64,000 nt of DNA, from the NCBI GenBank assembly GCA_018714005.1, contig DVOA01000051.1:106-64105 (forward strand), read 5' to 3'. The notes under the pieces are model-generated. The model saw only the letters and a list, made by a program, of their open reading frames with translations, had not been told where the DNA came from and did not search any database. The stretch comes from Candidatus Spyradomonas excrementavium. Its GTDB lineage: Bacteria; Cyanobacteriota; Vampirovibrionia; Gastranaerophilales; Gastranaerophilaceae. A program made the position numbers and the translations under genes. This document shows, piece after piece, positions 35,726 to 44,478 of this stretch; the stretch's first letter is position 1, and every line of letters starts with the position of its first letter.

Positions 35726-36302
35726 AACAATGAAAATAGCCCTCGGAACCTCTAACCCGCATAAATTGGAAGAAATCAAGGAAATTATAAAAAATTCCAA
35801 TATTGAATTTGTCTTGCCTGCGGGCGGATTTGACCCTGTTGAAAACGGCAAGACTTTTGAGGAAAATTCCTATATAAAAGCCGCCGAGGCCTCTAAAATT
35901 AGCGGTTTATGGGGGCTTGCGGATGATACGGGGCTCTGCGTGGACGCTCTGGACGGTGCGCCCGGGCTTTATTCCGCAAGATATGCGCCCACAGCTCAAG
36001 AGCGAATCGAAAAATTACTTGAGGAGCTAAAAGGTGTCCCCGAGGAAAAAAGAACGGCAAAGTTTGTCTGCACAATGGTTTTGACGAACCCTGCCGGTGA
36101 AAAATTTCATGTTCAAACCGGTGAAATCAAAGGCAGAATCACCGAAAAACCCTCCGGAACCTACGGTTTCGGCTATGATCCGGTCTTTTTCATTCCCGAA
36201 CTCGGAAAAACCATGGCGGAAATGACGCTTGAAGAAAAAAACACCCTGAGCCACCGCGCACGGGCGCTTTTGCCTATGGTCGAGTTTATTGAAAGTATGT
36301 AA
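35715..36302 (+). CDS. rdgB: dITP/XTP pyrophosphatase (RdgB/HAM1)
   Basis: IALGTSNPHKLEEI...DDTGLCVDALDGAPGLYSARY...GFGYDPVF. Start 35715 or 35730. Confidence 0.8.
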   Translation: MENKTMKIALGTSNPHKLEEIKEIIKNSNIEFVLPAGGFDPVENGKTFEENSYIKAAEASKISGLWGLADDTGLCVDALDGAPGLYSARYAPTAQERIEKLLEELKGVPEEKRTAKFVCTMVLTNPAGEKFHVQTGEIKGRITEKPSGTYGFGYDPVFFIPELGKTMAEMTLEEKNTLSHRARALLPMVEFIESM

Positions 36303-36313
36303 TTTTGAATGCA

Positions 36314-36350
36314 CCCCCTCCCCAGCTCGCGGAGGGACGGGGTGGGGAAC
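36314..36350. repeat. Solo H1 plus G-rich module
   Basis: CCCCCTCCCCAGCTCGCGGAGGGACGGGGTGGGGAAC. Confidence 0.9.
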
Positions 36351-36389
36351 ATCCCCAAAGTCGTCCGTTATTCATTTAAAGCCAAAAAA

Positions 36390-37232
36390 CTACTTATTTT
36401 GCCGCCTGAAAAGCTCAAACGTGTTCGTCATAAGCGTGCAAATCGTCATCGGCCCGACACCGCCCGGAACCGGCGTGATGAAAGAGGCTTTTTCTTTCAC
36501 CGCCTCAAAATCCACATCCCCTGCGAGCTTGCCGTTTTCATCCCTGTTCATGCCTACATCAAACACCGCAGCACCGTCTTTGACCATATCAGCAGTGACC
36601 AGCCCTCTTGAACCGGCTGCGCTGATTAAAATATCGGCGTTTTTTGTGATTTCGGAAAGATTTTGCGTTTTGCTGTGGCAGATTGTTACTGTGGCGTCGA
36701 GATTCGTAAGCATAGCTGCAACTGGCCGCCCGACAATGTTTGAGCGCCCGATTACCACCGCATTTTTGCCTGCAACGGGGATTTTGTATTCCTCTAAAAG
36801 CCTGATAATCCCTTTCGGCGTGCACGGATAAACAAACGGACGCGCATTCTGGGCGATTTTGCCCGTATTGAACGGATGAAAACAGTCAACATCCTTTTGG
36901 GGGCTCACCGTTTCAATCACCCTTTCGGTGCTGATATGCGCCGGCAGCGGCAGTTGAACAAGAATCGCATTGACCTCTTTGTTCTTGTTCAATTCTTCGA
37001 TTTTTTCTAAAAGTACTTTTTCCGGCGTATTTTCGGGCATTTCAATTACAACGGACTGAAAACCCAGCTCCAGAGCGGTTTTTTTCTTGTTGGAAACGTA
37101 AATTTTGCTTGCAGGGTCATTTCCGACGATTATTACCGCTAAAAACGGCTTTTTATCAAGGTTTTTAACCTCAGCTTTTAAACCCTCGAGAATCCTGTTG
37201 CGCAGCGCTTTTCCGTCAATAATTTCCGCCAT
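36390..37232 (-). CDS. folD: Bifunctional methylenetetrahydrofolate dehydrogenase/cyclohydrolase
   Basis: IIDGKALR...LAVIIVGNDPASKIYV...VQLPLP...VVIGRSNIVGRP...PVPGGVGPMT. Confidence 0.9.
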   Translation of the reverse strand: MAEIIDGKALRNRILEGLKAEVKNLDKKPFLAVIIVGNDPASKIYVSNKKKTALELGFQSVVIEMPENTPEKVLLEKIEELNKNKEVNAILVQLPLPAHISTERVIETVSPQKDVDCFHPFNTGKIAQNARPFVYPCTPKGIIRLLEEYKIPVAGKNAVVIGRSNIVGRPVAAMLTNLDATVTICHSKTQNLSEITKNADILISAAGSRGLVTADMVKDGAAVFDVGMNRDENGKLAGDVDFEAVKEKASFITPVPGGVGPMTICTLMTNTFELFRRQNK

Positions 37233-37234
37233 GC

Positions 37235-37993
37235 TTACCCCTTATTCCTCAAATCAGGGAGATTCAGCCTGAAATAAAACTCTTTCAACGCCGCAAAAAC
37301 CGCCTCTGAATCTCTGGAAAGCGATTTCCCTGCGAGATTTTCGTCTTCGGGGATAACTCCGAGCGTGTCCAGATGATATTTCATCAAAAGTTCCTGAATT
37401 TTGTTCAATTCGCCTGTTTTTACGCGGTTGAGAATCATTCCCATCTGCCCGCCTGCGGCATATTTTTCTGAAAATTCTTCAATCCTTTGCGCCAGCTGCA
37501 AAGATTCCTCCGCGGGCTGCGCAACAACAAGCGTTACGTCGATATCCACGTCCACAAGCTGATTCAGATATTTTAAATCAAATTCGCAGTCAAAAATCAC
37601 GATATCATAAGCCCGAATAAGCTTTGCAACTGCGTCATTCATCTGGCCGGTAATCGGGCAGCGGCAGTCTTTTGAGGGAACGAGCCATGAAACGATTAAA
37701 TCAACATTTTCCTCAACCTCAACAATAATATCCTCGAGCGCCCACTCGATATATTCCTGTTTTGTCATTTTTTCGGGAATTCCGGTCTTGTACTCGTGTT
37801 TTCCGCTTCTGATACCGTAGATTGTGTTCCTCACGTCCAGCCCGTAGGTGTGCCCGAGTTCGCCTGTGAGGTCGTTATCAAAAAGAAGTATGCTTTTTTC
37901 AGGGTAAATCTCCTTGAAAAGCTTTACAAAAGCCTTTGTCAGGGTGGTTTTTCCGCTTCCGCTTTTTCCTGTGAGTGCAATGGTTATCGTCAT
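37235..37993 (-). CDS. MinD/ParA-superfamily P-loop ATPase, CooC-like (CxC motif)
   Basis: Deviant Walker A GKSGSGKTT. CRCP motif resembling the CooC metal-binding CxC. Confidence 0.6.
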   Translation of the reverse strand: MTITIALTGKSGSGKTTLTKAFVKLFKEIYPEKSILLFDNDLTGELGHTYGLDVRNTIYGIRSGKHEYKTGIPEKMTKQEYIEWALEDIIVEVEENVDLIVSWLVPSKDCRCPITGQMNDAVAKLIRAYDIVIFDCEFDLKYLNQLVDVDIDVTLVVAQPAEESLQLAQRIEEFSEKYAAGGQMGMILNRVKTGELNKIQELLMKYHLDTLGVIPEDENLAGKSLSRDSEAVFAALKEFYFRLNLPDLRNKG

Positions 37994-39147
37994 TAAAGAA
38001 CCTCGTAATGTTTTGCGATTTTTTCAGCCAGCGCATTGGTTAAGAACATTGCTTTTTGTGCAAGTTCCACGCTGAGCCCGCCTGCGCCGCAGGAAGGCGT
38101 GATTATGCTTTGTCTGTAAACCAGATTGGGGTTGATTCCTTTATATTGCAGGCAGGCTACGGCTTTATCGAATTTTTTCATCAAGATATCCGGCGTTACG
38201 CCCTCCAGCGCGGTTTTATCCAGCGTCGGAATCATTCCCCAGGCAATATATCCGCCGTTTTTCAAAAATCCCGCAATCCTGTCCGCATGCACCGAAAGGC
38301 TCTGTGCATAGTTGTAAGCGTCAAGGTTAATAATATCGATTTCCGCGTCAATCAACAGTGACCAATCAGCCTTTCCGCAGCAATGAACCCCGCACAGCCC
38401 GCCAAAATCCTTTATAACGCCCGCAATTTCCGCCAGCGCATAAACTAAATCGCGTCTTTGCACCGTAACGAACGCTGAAGTGCCGTATTGCGACAAAACA
38501 GGCTCATCAATGAAAATTATCGGCGTGATATCGGGGCTAATCGACTTGAATTTTTGAATCTGCCAGATAGCTTTTAGCGTAATTCCTTTTACAAGAACCT
38601 CCCGATAGGTTTCATCGTAAAAAGAGCACTTTCCGTCTGTGTCGCAAAGGCTTGTGCCCCAGGTGAAAGGGCCGGTTACGTTGCTTTTTACATATTTGTA
38701 TTCTGCATTTTTAAGTTTTTCTAAAAAAGGTTCAAATGCGCTTGAATAAGGCGGGGTTATGGCATATTTTTCCAGATTTTCAAAGTTTTTCTGCCCTACA
38801 ATGGATTCATAATCAAGAAAAAACTCCTCCAGCTCCTCAAAAAACTCATCGGACTGCGTGTTGCAGAAGAATTTTTCGTTTTCACCGTCAAAACGTATGC
38901 CGGGAATCCCCTGATTAAACTGGATAATCATATCCTCAAAACGATGGACATTAGCGAGCTGCGGCCAGAAAGGGATGTCCTTAAAAGTGTCGAAAACAAG
39001 ATTTAGCGCTTCCTGCGGGTTATCATGCGGAAGACTGCCTATTGCTGTGGCTTTTAAAGATAAACTTTCCAAAAACTTCCCCTTTCCGTCTGTTTTCAAT
39101 TTTACTAAAAATAAGAATTTGTGGCAAACTCCCGCTTTTGGCGCCAA
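37993..39147 (-). CDS. Zn-dependent methyltransferase-like TIM-barrel protein (MetE C-terminal / MtaA URO-D-like superfamily)
   Basis: AIGSLPH...FWPQL N-terminus. VHCCG (HxC) and PSCG candidate Zn ligands. Start uncertain: TTG at 39147 or TTG at 39072. Confidence 0.45.
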   Translation of the reverse strand: MAPKAGVCHKFLFLVKLKTDGKGKFLESLSLKATAIGSLPHDNPQEALNLVFDTFKDIPFWPQLANVHRFEDMIIQFNQGIPGIRFDGENEKFFCNTQSDEFFEELEEFFLDYESIVGQKNFENLEKYAITPPYSSAFEPFLEKLKNAEYKYVKSNVTGPFTWGTSLCDTDGKCSFYDETYREVLVKGITLKAIWQIQKFKSISPDITPIIFIDEPVLSQYGTSAFVTVQRRDLVYALAEIAGVIKDFGGLCGVHCCGKADWSLLIDAEIDIINLDAYNYAQSLSVHADRIAGFLKNGGYIAWGMIPTLDKTALEGVTPDILMKKFDKAVACLQYKGINPNLVYRQSIITPSCGAGGLSVELAQKAMFLTNALAEKIAKHYEVL

Positions 39148-39149
39148 AA
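39136..39149. promoter_or_regulatory. Perfect 14-bp palindrome TTTTGGCGCCAAAA
   Basis: Self-complementary. Lies at the 5' end or upstream of the methyltransferase-like operon. Confidence 0.3.
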
Positions 39150-39281
39150 TGACCGGCAGTAAGGGTTTTTCCGCTCCAAAACTACTCTAATTGCCGTATT
39201 TTCGCTGTTTGCATGTTTAAATTACTACAAACATAGTGTATAATATAAATAGGTCACGCGTCCAAGGTCAAAGGAGATATT

Positions 39282-39542
39282 ATGTCGTTTGAAATCAACG
39301 GTCCAACTCCGCCAAAAGGAATTCAGGAGGCCCAGAGCATGCGCAACAACGGCGGCGGGGGCAATCTCGGATATTTTCAGCGTGAAAAGAAAAAAGAGAA
39401 AAAAAAGGACGAAATCGACGTTTTTACGCCATCTGCCAATGAAGATGAGTTTTTAAACGAAGAATCCGACGAAAACAGCACAGAAAACAGCTTTTTCGCA
39501 AGAGCTGCCGAAAAACTGATGAAATTTCTCGGTAATTATTAG
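39282..39542 (+). CDS. Small hypothetical protein (Gly-rich, then K/E-rich)
   Basis: 86-aa ORF with GGAG SD. TATAAT-like box about 40 nt upstream. Confidence 0.35.
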   Translation: MSFEINGPTPPKGIQEAQSMRNNGGGGNLGYFQREKKKEKKKDEIDVFTPSANEDEFLNEESDENSTENSFFARAAEKLMKFLGNY

Positions 39543-39646
39543 AAAAATGAGCCACGGGCGGTTCGCAGGGGGCGAATCTGCCAGGGCAATACCGGATTAG
39601 TGCCTGAAAAATTAAATGACGGCACATCTATGCCGCCATTAATTTC

Positions 39647-39865
39647 CTATGCAAAACCTAGTGTACGGTTGCTTACAACGGGAGGTCTTTCCCGTTTGTC
39701 CAAAGCAGCCAGTCTTGCCTGGAGGTCATCGTTTGTACCATAACGTTGATAACTTTCAGTTGCTCCGGTAAACTTACTCCGGTTCGCACCTATGCTCTCC
39801 GTCTTACCGGCGTTTTGCCAGGATGTATTCGGGTTTGTTAATTGTATCGACCAAGGGTTTGTCAT
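39647..39865 (-). CDS. Small hypothetical protein
   Basis: 72-aa ORF. No motif recognised. Confidence 0.3.
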   Translation of the reverse strand: MTNPWSIQLTNPNTSWQNAGKTESIGANRSKFTGATESYQRYGTNDDLQARLAALDKRERPPVVSNRTLGFA

Positions 39866-40121
39866 AAAAAATCCTTAAACTAAAACTCTATATTTAAATA
39901 AAAACATTGCGCCGCGGTTTTTTGCAGGATTTCAGAAAATGTTTACAAAAGTTAATGTTTTTGCAGAAATCCGTGTTATTGTGCGGGGTTTTCCGGATTT
40001 TGTGATATTTTGAAGCGGCCTTAACAAAAAGGTTGTTGCGCAAATCCGCTTTTTGAGTAATTCCCCGCCCTTATGCCCCGCAAGACGGGTTTTAGGCCGT
40101 GTAATGAGGGAATTTCAGGAT

Positions 40122-41480
40122 TTATTTCTTCCCCAGCCCGCCAAAAATATGTTGAAGCTCCAAAAGCGCTGTATAAGTAGGCATAACAAGCAGCTGCGCC
40201 CTTTCTTCAATCCCGTCCAGCGAATAATTCAAAGCTGTTTTAATATCGGGTTTTATAGTCATTTTTTCAGCAGGAAATCCAGCATATTTAAGCCGTGCAG
40301 CCATATCATAGGCTCTGATTCCGCTTAAAACGATTTCATTCGGATAATCCTTCAAAATCTCAAAATCCGCGTCCCACAGCCACGAAACATCGCGCCCGTC
40401 AGCGTATTTGTCGTTGATAATTATTAAAAGTTTTGCACTTTCGTCCGCGTTTACCGTCCTGAGCACCTCTGAAGCGCCTGTGGGGTTTTTTATGAGCTGC
40501 ACAAGCAGCCTGCGCCCTTTTACGTTGAGCCTTTCGGAGCGGCCGAAGACGGATTTGTAAGTTTCAAGCGCGTTTTGGATAATTTCTGGATGAATATTCA
40601 GCTCAAGAGCCGCACTCGCCGCCGCAAGCACGTTATAAGCGTTGTACAGCCCGACAAGATTCGTTTTAAAATCCGCTTTGTTGGCTCCGTATGTGATAGA
40701 AATTTCCGAATAATCCGCATAAATCACCGCATTGCCCTTATAATTCGGTTCGGGATGGTCATTGTGGCAGTTTTTGCAAAAATATTTTCCGATGTGCGCA
40801 TAAAAGCGTTTTACATAGGAAAGCGCTGTTTTGCACTTGCAAACTACCGCCTCCATGGGGCTTTGGGATTCTCCGGTTTTGTTTTTGTACTCAATATTTT
40901 CAAATCCGTAGTAAATTCTTTTGTTTTCAGGCGCAAGCCCCGCCAGCATCGGGTCATCAGCGTTTAAAAAAACGGTTAAAGAGGGATTTTTTGCGATTGC
41001 CTCCTGAATTTTCTTCGCTGTGGTATCCAATTCCCCGTAACGGTCGAGCTGGTCGCGGAAAAGGTTCGTCACAAGCAGGTAATCGGATTTTAAAAAGTCA
41101 TAAAGCTTTGTTAAATAAGCCTCATCCGACTCAAGTACCGCAAAATCAAAGGTGGAAAAGGGTTTGTAATTGACAGCGAGGGAGCTTGCAATGCCGGAGA
41201 GCATATTTGCGCCTTTTTCGTTGTGCAGGACTTTATTTTGGGCAGTTTTTAAAATATGCGCAAGAATCCCCGCCGTGGTCGTTTTTCCGTTTGTTCCGGT
41301 GATGGTTATGATGTTTTTTTTGCAGTAATGGTTCGCAAAAGAGATAAAATCCTTTTGGATTTTCAGCGCAACAACCCCCGGAAGCGAAGTTCCGGCGCGA
41401 TTCATCAGGTGAAGCCCGTGATTTACGGTTTTTGCAGCCAAAAGTGCCGTGTAAAAGCTTATTTTTTTGAAAATATCCAT
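40122..41480 (-). CDS. murT: Mur ligase family protein MurT (lipid II isoglutaminyl synthase subunit)
   Basis: ITGTNGKTTTAG. Internal Cys4 ribbon CKCK...CKNC. DUF1727-like C-terminus. ATG 41480 preferred, because the ORF-track start at 41792 overlaps the divergent kinase gene. Confidence 0.8.
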   Translation of the reverse strand: MDIFKKISFYTALLAAKTVNHGLHLMNRAGTSLPGVVALKIQKDFISFANHYCKKNIITITGTNGKTTTAGILAHILKTAQNKVLHNEKGANMLSGIASSLAVNYKPFSTFDFAVLESDEAYLTKLYDFLKSDYLLVTNLFRDQLDRYGELDTTAKKIQEAIAKNPSLTVFLNADDPMLAGLAPENKRIYYGFENIEYKNKTGESQSPMEAVVCKCKTALSYVKRFYAHIGKYFCKNCHNDHPEPNYKGNAVIYADYSEISITYGANKADFKTNLVGLYNAYNVLAAASAALELNIHPEIIQNALETYKSVFGRSERLNVKGRRLLVQLIKNPTGASEVLRTVNADESAKLLIIINDKYADGRDVSWLWDADFEILKDYPNEIVLSGIRAYDMAARLKYAGFPAEKMTIKPDIKTALNYSLDGIEERAQLLVMPTYTALLELQHIFGGLGKK

Positions 41481-41558
41481 GAAATAATTATACACGATAA
41501 TTGCTTTGTGAAAAACGTAGTTCCCACCGCAAAATATTGATGATATAATTATCCCATA

Positions 41559-43364
41559 ATGAGCAAACCGGTAAGCATAAGCACACAAAACAAACTGATA
41601 ATTCTGGGGCTCGCTGTTAGTACAATATTGATTGTTGCGCTCGCAGTTTTTGCCATAACCAACATCCAGCAGAAGATTTCCGAGGTTTATGACGACTTCG
41701 GGCAGATTTTGACGAACACACTCGCAATAGAAAGCGTCGAAATCACAAAAGATATTCAGGAATATGACAAATTCGCCGCCCTCCGGACGCATACGCGCTC
41801 GATTATCAACAATAATCGTGAAATTTCGCGTATAGATTTCCGCGGCGAGGACGGAAAAATCATTTATTCCAGCAAATCCGACTTCCCGAACCGTGCTCTT
41901 GAGTCAAAAATCTACTCCACCGCAATGATGAAAGCAAAAGTCGACGGCGAGGACAAAATTATCGGCTCTGTGCACGTTTGGCTTTCGGGTGCTTCGACAT
42001 CGGACATTTCAAAAGCTACAAAAAACTCTATGCTTGTGGTTTTTACGGTTGCGTGGCTTGTTTTTACGCTTGTTGTGCTGGTGAATACAATCCTGATTAC
42101 GCGTGAACTTTCCATGCTCCACCACGGGGTTACAAAAATTTCTACGGGCGATTTTGGCTTTAAACTTGAGGCAAAAAACACAAGCGGCGAAATCCGCGAC
42201 CTGATTAACGCTTTCAACGACATGTCCGGCCGCCTCCACCAGTACGAGGAGCAGAATATTGACCGTATAACCTTTGAACGCAACAAGTTCGAGGCTGTTT
42301 TGATGAGTATTGTGAACGGCGTTGTTGTTTGTGACAACTATGACAACGTTGTGCTTGTTAATAATGCGGCCAAAAAGATGCTTGAAATTGAAGACGAGCA
42401 GATTTTGAACACAAAAATCCAGCAGTACTGCGATTCTGACGGAGAACTTTGCTTTAAAGAAAAAATTGAACAGTTCAAAGACACACCGCTCGACATTATG
42501 GAAAATAAGCCGCTCGAGTTCAACATTACGATTGACAAACGCGTTATAAAATCCGTAATTTCCCCTATGTTCTCGAAAAATCAGGATTACGTGGGATATA
42601 TGATTGTTTTGATTGATATTACAAAAGAAGCTGAAATCGACAAGATGAAAAGCGACTTTATCTCGAACGTAAGCCATGAATTGCGCACTCCGGTAACGGT
42701 TTTGCGGACTTATATCGACACTTTGCACAACCATTCGGATGATTTTGACGAAGATACGAAAAAAGAGTTTTTCGGCGTAATCAATAAGGAGGCCTCGCGC
42801 CTGCAAAAGATGGTAAATGACGTTCTGGACTTTTCAAGGCTGGAATCAAACTGTGTTCGTATTGAAAAAGAACCCTGCGACCTTGTTCCGATTATTGAGC
42901 AGGAAATCCAGTCAATGCAGGTGCTTGCAGAAGAAAAAAATCTTACTTTTTCACTCATAAAAGAGCCGGATTTGCCAAAGGTTCCGATAAATGTGTGCAG
43001 TATTGAGAGGGTTTTGAACAATTTGCTTTCAAACGCGATAAAATATTCGCCGGAAAACGGCAGAATCAAGGTCAGAGCCGAGATTGCGCGTGATACGAAT
43101 TATGTGGAAGTCACAATTGAAGACCAGGGAATCGGAATTCCCGAAGAGCACCAGAAAAAGATTTTTGAGCGCTTTTACCGCGTTGAAAACGACACCCACA
43201 CCGTAAAAGGCACCGGATTGGGGCTTCATCTTGTGCAGGTGACAATTGAAAAGCACCATAAAGGCAAAGTTTTTGTAAAAAGCCGCCCGAATGAGGGCTC
43301 GACGTTTGGTTTCTGGCTCCCGATTAATCCGCCGGAGGATTGTGAAGAAGAGGAAATGGTTTAA
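41559..43364 (+). CDS. Membrane sensor histidine kinase (HAMP-PAS-HisKA-HATPase)
   Basis: N-terminal TM. HAMP (GEIRDLINAFNDMSGRL). SHELRTPVT H-box. GTGLGLHLV G-box. Confidence 0.85.
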   Translation: MSKPVSISTQNKLIILGLAVSTILIVALAVFAITNIQQKISEVYDDFGQILTNTLAIESVEITKDIQEYDKFAALRTHTRSIINNNREISRIDFRGEDGKIIYSSKSDFPNRALESKIYSTAMMKAKVDGEDKIIGSVHVWLSGASTSDISKATKNSMLVVFTVAWLVFTLVVLVNTILITRELSMLHHGVTKISTGDFGFKLEAKNTSGEIRDLINAFNDMSGRLHQYEEQNIDRITFERNKFEAVLMSIVNGVVVCDNYDNVVLVNNAAKKMLEIEDEQILNTKIQQYCDSDGELCFKEKIEQFKDTPLDIMENKPLEFNITIDKRVIKSVISPMFSKNQDYVGYMIVLIDITKEAEIDKMKSDFISNVSHELRTPVTVLRTYIDTLHNHSDDFDEDTKKEFFGVINKEASRLQKMVNDVLDFSRLESNCVRIEKEPCDLVPIIEQEIQSMQVLAEEKNLTFSLIKEPDLPKVPINVCSIERVLNNLLSNAIKYSPENGRIKVRAEIARDTNYVEVTIEDQGIGIPEEHQKKIFERFYRVENDTHTVKGTGLGLHLVQVTIEKHHKGKVFVKSRPNEGSTFGFWLPINPPEDCEEEEMV

Positions 43365-43396
43365 TTATCTGCTCGCCACGCACTTTTAGCAGCAAA

Positions 43397-43573
43397 AACC
43401 CGATTCCCGCCCCATGGCGGCGCAAACCAGGCGTGTGACGGGGCTGTGCCCCTAGCGGAAGCGAGCCAAGGCTGGAGCTGTCAGCGCAGGCTGGCGGCGC
43501 AATGCCGTTTATCGCGAGCTTTCAAGACAAACAACCGCTACAATCATGAAAAAGATGAACCCGATTCCCGTCC
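43397..43573. other. GC-rich non-coding island bracketed by a 13-nt direct repeat
   Basis: AACCCGATTCCCG at 43397 and 43557. The interior is markedly more GC-rich than its surroundings and has extensive self-complementarity. Confidence 0.5.
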
Positions 43574-43585
43574 TATATAAAAAAT

Positions 43586-43614
43586 AAAAAGGTAAGCGGG
43601 AGGCTTACCTTTTA
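43586..43614. terminator. Bidirectional terminator
   Basis: A-run, GGTAAGC-GGGAG-GCTTACC, T-run. Confidence 0.75.
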
Positions 43615-43676
43615 AACAAGCAATGTTGTTTTAGATTGGGGAATAGGAATGGTTGGTTTTTATAAGGGTTAGTTAA

Positions 43677-44207
43677 TTATGCGAAAATGTTGATATTTTT
43701 TTCAGCTTCAGCGGGCTGTTGATTGTCTTTTTTGGTGTTCATTGCGAAGAAAGAGAATGGATTTGAGCCTCTTTTGTCTTTGTCGAGGCTTTTTGAGTTG
43801 TTGAGCTCAACACTTTTGGGGAGCGCAACGACTTCTCTGGTTTGTGCGGCTTCACCTTCTGCAACGGGGGCAATGAGCTTGCCTTCAACTGCTCTGTTTA
43901 CTTTTTGAGTGCCCTGAGCAGCCTGAGCGTTCAAATATTGAACATTAGCGATGAAATTGGCGTTCAAATTGATATCGAGCCCTGCGTTTCTGATTGCGAT
44001 TTGTTTTGTAACATCAATGTTGTTTTTGTTGTTGTACAAATCAATGCCGACTTCGGGTCTGCGGAATTTTGACAAATCAGTTGAAGTCAATTCAAAAGCC
44101 TGAGATTTTGTTTCTGCGTTAGCAAAAATTTGTTTTGCTATTTCATTGATTGACTGAGTGTCAACGTAATTTGTTTTTGCTGTTAAACTTGTGATGCCAA
44201 TTCCCAT
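43677..44207 (-). CDS. Hypothetical protein
   Basis: 176-aa ORF with coding-like composition. No motif recognised. Confidence 0.45.
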   Translation of the reverse strand: MGIGITSLTAKTNYVDTQSINEIAKQIFANAETKSQAFELTSTDLSKFRRPEVGIDLYNNKNNIDVTKQIAIRNAGLDINLNANFIANVQYLNAQAAQGTQKVNRAVEGKLIAPVAEGEAAQTREVVALPKSVELNNSKSLDKDKRGSNPFSFFAMNTKKDNQQPAEAEKNINIFA

Positions 44208-44337
44208 TTTTTGCGATACCCCTTATTGCTTGTACTATTTATATCGGCAAACAAGAGGGAAAACTTTAGGATTTTAAGCTTGTTTGTTACATTACTTTAC
44301 AAATTTGAGCACAAACGGGAATTTTCACCAACCCGAT

Positions 44338-44362
44338 GTCACCCTGAACTTGTTTCAGGGTC
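44338..44362. repeat. Solo H4 hairpin
   Basis: GTCACCCTGAACTTGTTTCAGGGTC. Confidence 0.9.
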
Positions 44363-44478
44363 TAACCCTCTTGAAATGTTATCTTCAAACGAAAAAACAG
44401 AGATTTTCACCAAAAAACAGTCAACCAACTTCAAGATGGCAGCTTGCGAAAAACGCCAACGCGTGTAAATTCAAAAAA

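Noticed and set aside
39150-39245. Possible THF riboswitch in the leader of the methyltransferase-like/cooC-like/folD operon (AGAGUAG and GGAGCGG strings).
   Set aside because: The strings are in the wrong relative order and orientation for the THF aptamer P1 helix, and the other conserved segments are absent.
43417-43506. Possible SRP (4.5S) RNA, because of ...GCGGAAGCGAGCCAAGGC..., which resembles the E. coli GGAAGCAGCCAAGGC domain IV segment.
   Set aside because: The 5' side lacks the conserved CAGG/AGCA symmetric-loop partners and spacing, and neither strand gives a convincing helix 8. It is kept only as an unassigned GC-rich element.
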